DNA of 15,803 nucleotides from Anaerolineae bacterium (GTDB taxonomy: Bacteria > Chloroflexota > Anaerolineae > S140-20), in NCBI GenBank assembly GCA_027021705.1, contig JALUTT010000030.1, forward strand, positions 1 to 15,803, read 5' to 3'. The notes under the pieces are model-generated. The model was not told the origin of the DNA, did not search any database, and saw nothing but the letters and a program-made list of their open reading frames with translations. Shown piece by piece: positions 1 to 8,225 of this stretch. Position numbers and translations under genes: made by a program. How positions within the stretch are numbered: position 1 is the first letter of the stretch; the number at the start of each line of letters is the position of its first letter.

Positions 1-1
1 C

Positions 2-1576
2 TCCTACCGCATCGCCGAGCATCCGGCGGCGCCGGGGATACCCCACGGCCAGGAGGGCCGCCAAGCCATCGTCTATCGGGTCGTCACCGAGGGAGGCGAT
101 GCCCGAGCCCTGAAGGTCTTCAAGCCCCATTATCGCTCTCCTGCCCTCGTCGCCCAGGCGGAGCGCATCGCCCCCTACGCGGCCCTGCCCGGCCTGCAGG
201 TCTGCCGGCGCACCGTCCTCACCCCCCAACGCCACCAGGCCCTGTTGCGCCAGTATCCCGACCTCGCCTACGCCGTCTTGATGCCTTGGATCGAAGGGGC
301 AACCTGGTGCGAGGTGCTCACCGGAGGGTGGACGCTGACGCCGACGAAGAGCCTGGCCCTGGCCCGTTCGCTGGCCAAGGTATTGGCCGTGATGGAAAGG
401 CGAGGACTGGCCCACTGCGACCTATCGGGCGCCAACGTGATGCTGCCTGAATGGGGGGATTTCGATAGAAGAGCGCCGGCCGGCACCGAAGACGTGGACA
501 TCGTGCTGGTGGATGTGGAGCAGATGTATGGACCGGGGATGGAACGACCGGAGAAGCTGCCCGGCGCCTCCCCCGGCTACGCCCACCGGAGCGCCTCCGA
601 CGGGCTGTGGGGGGAACGGGCCGACCGGTTCGCCGGGGCGGTGCTGATGGGGGAGATGCTGGGATGGTGCGATGAGCAAGTGCGCCAAGCGGCGGGGGAG
701 GGGGAGAGCTACTTCAACCCAGACGAGATGCAACAGGAAACGACACGGTACCGGCTGCTGATCCAGGTGCTCGAAGCTCGATGGGGGCACGACGTAGCAG
801 CCGCCTTCGAGCAAGCCTGGTTCTCGGACACACCCGCTACCTGTCCCTCGCCGGCAGCGTGGACCGAGATCCTCTCGGTGGCGGGTCCGGGAGTCGGTGA
901 GCCGCGAAGCGACCGCAAGACGAAGCCCCCCTCTATGGTGTCGAAGAAGCCACCAGCCCCCCCACCTCCGCCGGAGGAGGAGGCAGGGGAGGGCTCAATG
1001 CTCTGGGAAGAGCTAGGCCGTTTCGAGACGGTGATCCGCACCACGGTGAAACGCTTGGACCATGAAGCGGCCGCCCTGGAGCAGCAGCGGCAGGCGCTGG
1101 CCGATCGAGAGGCCGACCTTCGGCGTCGCAAGCAAGCGTTGGCCGAGGTCGAACAGCAACTGGAGGAAGCCCGGCATCTGCTGGAAACCCACCGTTATCG
1201 GGAAGCCCAGCAGTCCCTGGAAAGGCTGACCACGATGCTGGCGGGGTCGGAGGTCTCAGACATCCCCTCTGAGGAGCCTGAAGCGCCTGTCCAGGCCCGC
1301 CTCGTCGCTCAAGAGGGCCCGGCCGCCGGGCGGGAGTTCTTGCTGCAAGAGGTGATGACCATCGGGCGGGCCAGGGAGAACGACATCGTGCTGAACGATC
1401 TGGCGGTCTCCCGCTGGCACGCCAAGATCAAGCGTGAGGGAGGGGCCTTCTTCATCTACGATTTAGGAGCCACCAACCCCATCCGCGTGAACGGCCAAGA
1501 GGTGGACCACCACCCGCTGGCCGACGGAGACCGGGTAGAGATCGGTCGTAGCCTGTTGATCTTCAAGCTGGGATGA
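2..1576 (+). CDS. Atypical Ser/Thr protein kinase with Pro-rich linker, coiled coil and C-terminal FHA domain (5'-truncated by the window edge)
   Basis: The frame is open from base 2 (SYRIAEHPAAPGIPHGQEGRQAIVYRVV...ALKVFK), so the TTG at 245 is not the true start. Motifs: GQEGRQAIVY (Gly-loop-like), ALKVF (beta3 Lys), HCDLSGANV (catalytic loop), LVDVEQ (DFG position), ADRFAGAVL (subdomain IX). An E/Q/R/L-rich heptad helix lies at ~998-1240. FHA motifs: IGR...VSRWHA...DLGATNP..VNG. Confidence 0.88.
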   Translation, partial: SYRIAEHPAAPGIPHGQEGRQAIVYRVVTEGGDARALKVFKPHYRSPALVAQAERIAPYAALPGLQVCRRTVLTPQRHQALLRQYPDLAYAVLMPWIEGATWCEVLTGGWTLTPTKSLALARSLAKVLAVMERRGLAHCDLSGANVMLPEWGDFDRRAPAGTEDVDIVLVDVEQMYGPGMERPEKLPGASPGYAHRSASDGLWGERADRFAGAVLMGEMLGWCDEQVRQAAGEGESYFNPDEMQQETTRYRLLIQVLEARWGHDVAAAFEQAWFSDTPATCPSPAAWTEILSVAGPGVGEPRSDRKTKPPSMVSKKPPAPPPPPEEEAGEGSMLWEELGRFETVIRTTVKRLDHEAAALEQQRQALADREADLRRRKQALAEVEQQLEEARHLLETHRYREAQQSLERLTTMLAGSEVSDIPSEEPEAPVQARLVAQEGPAAGREFLLQEVMTIGRARENDIVLNDLAVSRWHAKIKREGGAFFIYDLGATNPIRVNGQEVDHHPLADGDRVEIGRSLLIFKLG

Positions 1577-3069
1577 CGACGATGGAACCGGGAGCACTGG
1601 TCGGGACCACTCTGGGTAGGTACGAAGTTCGGGCCGAGATCGGTCGAGGACGGCTCAGCGCTGTCTACGAAGCCTACGACGGCGTAAACGAGCAGCCGGT
1701 CGTGGCCAAGGTCCTCACGGCGGAGCCGGGAGACGACAGCACCTTCCGGCAGCGCTTTGAGAACCTGGCCCAGGCGCTGACCGGGCTCAACCACCCCAAC
1801 GTCCTGAAGCTCTACGACCACGGGGTGGACCCCGAACGGGGGCTTTTCTACCTGATCTATCCCTTTATCGGGGGAGCCACCTTGGATCAGCAGCTTGGGG
1901 CCCCGTGGCCGTTGGAGGAGGCCGTGCGCATCGCGGCCGAGGTGGCCCGGGCGTTGGACCACGCCCACGGTCAGGGCCTGGTCCACGGAGATGTCCGGCC
2001 CAACAACGTGCTCCTCACCAGCCGGGGCTGGCCCCTGCTGACCGACTTCGGCCTGTGGGACCTGCTACGCTCCGGGCAGATGACCGACCTGGACGCCGAC
2101 GTGGAGGTGTACCGGGCACCGGAACAACTCCAGGGTGCACCGGCCAGCCCGGCCACCGACCTATACGGCCTGGGGGGGATTCTCTACGAGATGCTGACGG
2201 GCCGTCCCCCGCTCCGGGAGGGGGGGGTGGTGACGCCCCCCCGCCGGCTCCGGGCGGAGGTGCCCCGCCCCCTGGAGCAGATCGTGCTGAAGAGCCTGAC
2301 CTCCGATCCAGACCAGCGCTACCCGTCGGCCGGGGAGATGGCTCGGGCACTGGAGGAGGCCTTGGAAGAGGCCGGTGGCGCGTCGGCCCGGCCTAGGGCC
2401 ATCACGCCGCCCTCGGGAGTGAGGACGGGAGAGGCCCAGGCAGCCCTGCCCCCGGCCTCCGGCGCGATCGCGTTCACCCGGCGGGTGGGAGGGGCTTTAT
2501 GGCGGGTGGGCCGGTGGCTTCTGGTCAGGGCGATGGTCTTGGGACTCATCTTGGTGTTGGTGGCGACGGCTTTGCTCGTCGGCGGGGCCTACGCCACAGG
2601 ACAAGTAGCCCGGCGGATCTTGGCCGCCCAGGATTGGGGCTGGCAACCCCAGCCCCGGCCTACCGAGGTGACAACTTCGGAATCCTTCCTGCAACAGCGC
2701 CTTGCCGAGATGATCGTCCCTTACACCCAAGGGATCCTGACCGATCCCCAAATTGATCTGATGGCTCCCGACCGGATCGTTTTCCGAGGACAGGTATATG
2801 GGCGCCCTCTGGAAGGCGTGGTGCGGATCGGGGTTCAGGACGGGGCCCCTTTCCTGCGGGTGGAACGGATCAACGGCGTGGTCCCTTACCTGATCGGCGA
2901 CCTAATCACGAACGGGGTCAACGAGGGGCTGCGCCTGTCGTGGGACCGTCAGCCGGTACGCCTGCGGGTCCTGGAGACGGGGGAGGATCACATCCGGGCG
3001 GTGGTCGAACCCAAACCGGAGGCCGCCTCTCCGTCCTCCCCTTCCTCGCCGGGGGGAGGTGAAGGGTAG
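1573..3069 (+). CDS. Membrane-anchored Ser/Thr kinase-like protein (degenerate, possible pseudokinase) with a folded extracytoplasmic C-terminal domain
   Basis: IGRGRLSAVY, VVAKVL, HGDVRPNNVLL, LTDFG, YRAPEQ, TDLYGLGGILYEMLTG, DPDQRY. Hydrophobic TM segment MVLGLILVLVATALLVGGAYA. ATGA overlap with the upstream stop codon (1573-1576). Confidence 0.9.
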   Translation: MTTMEPGALVGTTLGRYEVRAEIGRGRLSAVYEAYDGVNEQPVVAKVLTAEPGDDSTFRQRFENLAQALTGLNHPNVLKLYDHGVDPERGLFYLIYPFIGGATLDQQLGAPWPLEEAVRIAAEVARALDHAHGQGLVHGDVRPNNVLLTSRGWPLLTDFGLWDLLRSGQMTDLDADVEVYRAPEQLQGAPASPATDLYGLGGILYEMLTGRPPLREGGVVTPPRRLRAEVPRPLEQIVLKSLTSDPDQRYPSAGEMARALEEALEEAGGASARPRAITPPSGVRTGEAQAALPPASGAIAFTRRVGGALWRVGRWLLVRAMVLGLILVLVATALLVGGAYATGQVARRILAAQDWGWQPQPRPTEVTTSESFLQQRLAEMIVPYTQGILTDPQIDLMAPDRIVFRGQVYGRPLEGVVRIGVQDGAPFLRVERINGVVPYLIGDLITNGVNEGLRLSWDRQPVRLRVLETGEDHIRAVVEPKPEAASPSSPSSPGGGEG

Positions 3070-3072
3070 CCG

Positions 3073-4245
3073 ATGACACGGGAGACGCGCCCGTCGCCCC
3101 AGTTCCCGGCCGATGCGCTGGTGGCGGCCGTGGCCTCGCGAACCGGTTCCGACCACGTCCGCAACGAGGACGCTTGGTGGATGCCCGATGGGGAGACGCC
3201 CACTCCCCACCAGAAGCTGGAGAAGGGCACCCTCTACATCGTGGCCGACGGCGTGGGCGGGCACGCAGCCGGGGAAGTCGCCAGCCGGATGGCGGTTGAG
3301 GAGATCGCCCGGGCCTACTACCGGGATTCCTCGGAAGAGGTCTCGGTGGCCCTGCGTCGGGCCCTCCAAGCCGCCAACGAGGCCGTCTACCGCCAAGCCC
3401 AAGGGTCGGATCGGCAGGGGATGGCCGCGACGGTCGTGGCCGCCGTCGTCCGAGGGCAGGAGTTGGTCATCGCCCACGCGGGCGACAGCCGAGCTTACCT
3501 GTTGCGCCAGGGACGCCTGCACCGGTTGACCACTGACCACACTTGGGTGGCAGAACGGGTTGCCGAAGGAGTCCTGACCCCCCAGGAGGCAGCAGTTCAC
3601 CCCCAACGCCACCTGATCACCCGGGCGTTGGGGGATCAGCCCACGTTGGAGCCGGAGGTTCAACCCTACGTCTTCCTACCGGGGGATCGGCTGTTGCTGT
3701 GCACCGACGGGGTATGGGAGTTGGTGGATGAGGGCAAGCTCCGGCGAACCCTCCGAAAGGGGACGGCCGAACAGGTGGTCGGCGCGTTGATCGAGCAGGT
3801 TGAGGTCCTGCAGGGGGCCGACGATGCCACCGCCCTGGTGGTGGAGACCCGGCCCCCGGAGGAACACCGGGGGGAGAAGGTCCGGTCGAGGAGCCCTCGT
3901 CCGGCGCTCCTCCTCGCCGTCGGGCTGCTGACCGGCCTGCTCATCGGCTGGTGGGTGCTGGGATGGTGGCTCTTCCCGGTGCGGTGGACCGATGCGGCGC
4001 CGGCGGACCTCCACCCCGACTATCGGGTGCTCTACTTGGACCTGTTGGCCCGGGCTTACGCCGCCGATCCCGGCTTGGACGTGAGGACCTACGTTCGGGA
4101 ACGCTGGCCCCCCGCCCAACTGCAGGCCGACCTGGAGCGGGCCTATCGGCAGGCCGATCCGATGCAAAGGCGCCGGCTCGAACGGTTGGCCGCTGCCCTG
4201 CGCGTGCGACTCTCCGGCCGGAGCCGGGCAGGGCCGGACCGATAG
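3073..4245 (+). CDS. PP2C/PPM-family Ser/Thr protein phosphatase with TM helix and small C-terminal helical domain
   Basis: PPM motifs RNEDA, IVADGVGG, HAGDSRAY, LTTDH, LITRALG, LLLCTDG, DDATALVV. TM segment ALLLAVGLLTGLLIGWWVLGWWLF. Starts 3 nt after the previous stop. Confidence 0.93.
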   Translation: MTRETRPSPQFPADALVAAVASRTGSDHVRNEDAWWMPDGETPTPHQKLEKGTLYIVADGVGGHAAGEVASRMAVEEIARAYYRDSSEEVSVALRRALQAANEAVYRQAQGSDRQGMAATVVAAVVRGQELVIAHAGDSRAYLLRQGRLHRLTTDHTWVAERVAEGVLTPQEAAVHPQRHLITRALGDQPTLEPEVQPYVFLPGDRLLLCTDGVWELVDEGKLRRTLRKGTAEQVVGALIEQVEVLQGADDATALVVETRPPEEHRGEKVRSRSPRPALLLAVGLLTGLLIGWWVLGWWLFPVRWTDAAPADLHPDYRVLYLDLLARAYAADPGLDVRTYVRERWPPAQLQADLERAYRQADPMQRRRLERLAAALRVRLSGRSRAGPDR

Positions 4246-4405
4246 CGGCCGGGGGATTGCCGAGGCGGCCTGCCGGACAGGGTCCCCACGGAGCGGCCCG
4301 GGCGTATGGGGGGCAATCTGACGAGTCGCCCACGCTCCCCGCTCCTGAGATATGGGACATCATCAGAAACAGAGAGTTCGACAGTCACGTATGTAGGAGG
4401 TCAAG

Positions 4406-6106
4406 ATGAGCACGGGTCTTCGTCGTTGGGCTTTCCTCCCTCTTGGGGCGGTCCTGGCGCTTCTCCTGCTGGCCGGTCTCCTGACGCTGGCCGGCCTGGA
4501 GCGATCATCGGTCCACGCGGCCGTTCCGACCGGCTCTTCGGTTCGGCTCCCGGCCGTCCACCTCGCTCAAAGCGGTCCCTACACGCCGGTCGTGACCATC
4601 ACGATGCCTGCGGCTAATGAGGTGCTGACGTCCAGTGCCCAAGCCGTCTACCCGGTCCAGGTGGCCTATTCCTGCGGTACGTCCTGTACTGGCTCTGCCC
4701 TGCTGGACGTGGTCTCGGTCACGGTGGACGGAGGGGTGACCTACCACGAGGCCCTTTCGGGGGTCGTGGCCGGTCTGTACGTCTACAGTTGGACGCTGCC
4801 GACGGAGGACCGCGTCGCCCACATGCTCATCGCCCGGGCCCGCAACGGCTACGGGCAGATCGGGACTTCCAAACCGATGACCGTCTGGGTGGACCGGGTG
4901 ATGCCGACGGTGGTGATCACCGGGCCGGAGAGGTGGGCCGGGCTGACCCCCATTCCCCTTCGGTGGAACGCCCAGGACGGCAGCGGCATCCGGCGCGTGC
5001 GCCTTCACGTCCTGACGGGCACAGACTGGCAGGAAGCCGGGCCGGCACAGACGGGCCTCTCCGGGACCTTCTTCTTTACGCCTACAGAGAACCTCACCTA
5101 CACCTTCACCCTGCAGGCTACCGATGGGGAGGGGAATCAGAGCCCCCTTCCCGGCCCAATGATCACCGTCACGGTCCAACCGGTCCGGGTCTACCTGCCC
5201 GCCGTAGTGCGCGACTATCCGCTACCGTGGCGGCAGGGTGCAAATACCGCAGGCAAGGTGTTCCGCACTCCTTCCGGGTGCAAGGAGAAGACATGGTACG
5301 CCGGGACCTCGGGCGACGACGGGGTGTGGAAGTCTACCGACGGCGCGGAGACTTGGGAGAAGGTAGCCGACCTAAAACCCTACGCCTACCCGGTGGTGGC
5401 CAACCCCTCGAACTGCGACGAGGCCTTCGTCGCGGTGTGGGGGCCGGGGGTGTATCGCATCCAAGGGGGAGCAGCGACCCCCATCAACAACGGCTTGGGG
5501 GAGCTCTACCTCTACGGCTTGGCGCTGAGCGGCACCACCCTCTACGCGGGCACGAGCAGTCAAGGCATCTACAGGACGGCTATAGACAACATCGCCTGGA
5601 CACCGGCAAACGAGGGCATTAACGACAAGCGTATCCGCTCCTTGTACGCTGCGGAAGGGAAGTTGTATGCCGGAGCCCGGGGATGCACCCTTTACGTTTC
5701 CGGCAACGGAGGGGCTACTTGGAGTGAGTTCCCCATTCCGGTCCAAGGCGGTTGTGACGATGCTCAAGTATGGAGTCTTGCGCCGGCCCAGGGGGCCCTC
5801 TACGCCGGCCTGGGGCAGGAGAAGGGCCTCTACGTCCTGGAGGGAACCACCTGGAGCCGAGTGGAGGCCATCCCTGCCAAGACCATCTACGGGCTGGCCT
5901 ACGACGACACCTATGGCTACCTCTACGTGAGTGCGTATGGGGCAGGCGTCTACCGATGCCGGATAGATGGCTCGGGGAGGGCGACAACCTGCTCCCCTCA
6001 CAACGAAGGGCTTACTACGGCGGAGACACGCGAGATCACCATCCACGGAGGGTTGGTGGTCGTCGGAAGCAACGACGGGGTCTGGTATCGCCCCCTGCTG
6101 CCCTGA
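4406..6106 (+). CDS. Secreted protein: signal peptide, two Ig/FN3-like domains, VYLPAVVR motif, BNR/Asp-box beta-propeller
   Basis: AGGAGG RBS 5 nt before the ATG. Basic plus hydrophobic N-terminus ending ...SVHA. Ig-like beta-strand patterns (PVVTITMP...LIARARNGYGQ; PTVVITGP...YTFTLQATDGEGN). Asp-box-like motifs WKSTDGAETW and YVSGNGGATW, with repeated LYAG..G(V/I/L)Y blades. Paired cysteines. Confidence 0.85.
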   Translation: MSTGLRRWAFLPLGAVLALLLLAGLLTLAGLERSSVHAAVPTGSSVRLPAVHLAQSGPYTPVVTITMPAANEVLTSSAQAVYPVQVAYSCGTSCTGSALLDVVSVTVDGGVTYHEALSGVVAGLYVYSWTLPTEDRVAHMLIARARNGYGQIGTSKPMTVWVDRVMPTVVITGPERWAGLTPIPLRWNAQDGSGIRRVRLHVLTGTDWQEAGPAQTGLSGTFFFTPTENLTYTFTLQATDGEGNQSPLPGPMITVTVQPVRVYLPAVVRDYPLPWRQGANTAGKVFRTPSGCKEKTWYAGTSGDDGVWKSTDGAETWEKVADLKPYAYPVVANPSNCDEAFVAVWGPGVYRIQGGAATPINNGLGELYLYGLALSGTTLYAGTSSQGIYRTAIDNIAWTPANEGINDKRIRSLYAAEGKLYAGARGCTLYVSGNGGATWSEFPIPVQGGCDDAQVWSLAPAQGALYAGLGQEKGLYVLEGTTWSRVEAIPAKTIYGLAYDDTYGYLYVSAYGAGVYRCRIDGSGRATTCSPHNEGLTTAETREITIHGGLVVVGSNDGVWYRPLLP

Positions 6107-6181
6107 GTGGACGTGGGGCACCGCGGACGCTCTATCAGGTGGGTCTGAAGTTTAGAGTTAAGTGGAGAAGGGGAAAGGACT

Positions 6182-8149
6182 ATGGCACGTGCAAAGCTTC
6201 TTCGCGGCAGTTCGCAATCTCGACGGTCCACGTATCGGAGAAAGGGGCTGTGGGCATGGGGAGTTGCAGTGGGGTTGAGCCTGCTCCTGGTGGCCGGCGC
6301 CCTGGCCGCCGGTGTGGGACGGGTGGCCATCACCACCGTGGACGCCTCCGGCTATCCCACGGTGACCCTCTACCTGGCCGTCAACGATGTGGACGGCCAG
6401 CCCATCACCGACCTGCAGCCGGACGAGGTCACCCTCTACGAAAACGACGTCCAGGTCTCGGACTTCACGTTGGAGTCCACCGAGCACCCGATGCTCATCG
6501 GCGTGGTGATTGACTCCAGCGGCAGCTTCGCCCGCCGGGAAGGGGGTGCCCGTCGGGTGGACCACGCCCGGGAGGCAGCCCGGCGACTGATCTCCCCTGA
6601 CTTCCAGCGCCTCATCCTGGACGATGAGGTGGCCGTCTTCGCCTTCAGCGGTGGCCTTCCTGTCCGGCTGGTGGATTTCACCTACGACCACAACCTGGCC
6701 ATCAACGAGGGGCTGAACAAGGTGGACACGGCCGGCAACCAGAACACAGCCCTCTTCGACCTGGTACGCCAGGCCATTGAGGACGCTGCAGGACGGGAGG
6801 GGGTGCGCCGACGGATCCTCCTTGTCTTCTCCGACGGCACCGACCTGGTCAGCGGCGTTGACGTGGATCGGGTCATCCAAGAGGCAGTGGACGCCCACCT
6901 GGTCATCTATACCGTGGGGCTGGGGAACAACCTGGCCCCAGACCAGCCCCGTTCCGCCTTCTTGCGCCGCCTGGCCGACGAAACCGGCGGTCGGTATATG
7001 TGGTACCGGCCGGGGCGGAAAGGGGCTCAGGAGGCGCTGGATGCCTTTTTGGACCTCCTCGTCTCACAGCGGCAGGGGTACGCGCTGCGCTACTCGACCA
7101 AGCAGTACGAAGGGACCCCGGAGGTGCGGGTCGCGGTGAGCCGGGAGGGACGTGTGGCCGAGGATACCGCTCGGTACGAGGTCCCGCCCCTGCCGCCGGA
7201 GGTGGTCGTCGAGAACCTCCAAGAAGGACAGGTCCTGGTCGGCTCCGTCACCGTCCGGGTGGCGATCCGCCGGGCCCAGCGCCCCATTGACCGGGTCGAG
7301 TACCGGGTGGACGGGGAGTTGGTCTACACGGCCAAGGCCGAACCCTGGGATTTCCCGTGGGATACCACGGCCTACGGCAACAGCCCGACCGAGGCAGCCC
7401 CCCACCAGTTAACGATCACCGTCTACGACATCGGCGGATACCAGGCCGAGACCGGGCTGGTGGTCGGGGTGCGGCTCCCCCCGCCGACACCAACGCCGCT
7501 GCCGACGCCGACCCCGGCGCCCACGCCGACCCCCCAGCCGCCGCCGGTTGGACTGTACGCCATCTCGGCCAGCTCTCTGCTGATCGCCCTGATCGCCCTG
7601 ATTCTGCTGATCGTCCTCATCCGGCGGGGTGGGATGCGCATGGTCGGGCAAGTCGCTGCCGAGGTGCGCCGTCGCACCCGGGTGCTGCGGGGGAAGACCC
7701 GCATTTTCGGCGGCCAGGGGAAGCCGCTGGCTACCTTGGTTGTCGCCGATGGGGCCTTCGAGGGACGTCGCTTCGAGATCTACGAACCCAAGGTCTTCCT
7801 AGGGCGGGAGGAAGAGCGGAGCGACTTGGTCTTCGACTGGGACGACTACGTCTCGCGGCGCCACGCCAAGATCGCCAAAGAGGGAGACCGGTTCTACATC
7901 TGGGACCTCAACAGCGCCAACGGCACTTGGGTTGACGAGCAGCGGGTGCCCCGCTCCCTATCCGAAGGGCTCGACTTGAAGGAGGCGCTCCCGCTCCAGG
8001 ATGGCGCCGTCGTCCGGCTGGGTCCCTACTTGCGTCTGGTCTTCCACACTTCGTCGCCGGTGGACATCTCAAAGGCGCCGACCCAGACGCTGCTCCAGAC
8101 GCCCGAGCAATCCCCCACCGCCGTGTGGGGACAACAGGAGGAGCGTTAG
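6182..8149 (+). CDS. Membrane protein: signal/anchor, vWA domain, Ig-like domain, PT linker, TM helix, cytoplasmic FHA domain
   Basis: Intact MIDAS (VIDSSGS at 6512-6526, NTALFD, VFSDG; also IYTVGLG and LADETGG). Ig-like segment IDRVEYRVDG...WDTT...HQLTITVYD. Linker PPPTPTPLPTPTPAPTPTP. TM segment LLIALIALILLIVLI followed by RRGG. FHA motifs LGR...VSRRHA...DLNSANGTWV. Confidence 0.92.
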   Translation: MARAKLLRGSSQSRRSTYRRKGLWAWGVAVGLSLLLVAGALAAGVGRVAITTVDASGYPTVTLYLAVNDVDGQPITDLQPDEVTLYENDVQVSDFTLESTEHPMLIGVVIDSSGSFARREGGARRVDHAREAARRLISPDFQRLILDDEVAVFAFSGGLPVRLVDFTYDHNLAINEGLNKVDTAGNQNTALFDLVRQAIEDAAGREGVRRRILLVFSDGTDLVSGVDVDRVIQEAVDAHLVIYTVGLGNNLAPDQPRSAFLRRLADETGGRYMWYRPGRKGAQEALDAFLDLLVSQRQGYALRYSTKQYEGTPEVRVAVSREGRVAEDTARYEVPPLPPEVVVENLQEGQVLVGSVTVRVAIRRAQRPIDRVEYRVDGELVYTAKAEPWDFPWDTTAYGNSPTEAAPHQLTITVYDIGGYQAETGLVVGVRLPPPTPTPLPTPTPAPTPTPQPPPVGLYAISASSLLIALIALILLIVLIRRGGMRMVGQVAAEVRRRTRVLRGKTRIFGGQGKPLATLVVADGAFEGRRFEIYEPKVFLGREEERSDLVFDWDDYVSRRHAKIAKEGDRFYIWDLNSANGTWVDEQRVPRSLSEGLDLKEALPLQDGAVVRLGPYLRLVFHTSSPVDISKAPTQTLLQTPEQSPTAVWGQQEER

Positions 8150-8225
8150 GGATTGGGAAGAGCGGGTGAGGCGGGTGGGGAGTGCAGTGGAACGCAGGAT
8201 AGGTGTATCGGAAAGCGGGTTGGCC

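Noticed and set aside
245..247. TTG start given for the first kinase in the ORF track
   Set aside because: The frame is open back to base 2 and holds the Gly-loop-like segment and beta3 Lys, so the real start lies outside the window.
2172..2242. G7, G8 and C7 homopolymers in kinase 2 as phase-variation tracts
   Set aside because: The runs are short, the frame is intact, and such runs are expected from Gly/Pro codons in high-GC DNA.
4246..4405. ORFs or hairpins in the spacer after PP2C-1
   Set aside because: Only short GC-rich complementarities were seen, with no convincing terminator, promoter or coding signal.
4406..6260. Twin-arginine (Tat) signals in LRRWAFL and SRRSTY
   Set aside because: Neither fits S/T-R-R-x-F-L-K spacing. 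Ordinary basic n-regions explain them.
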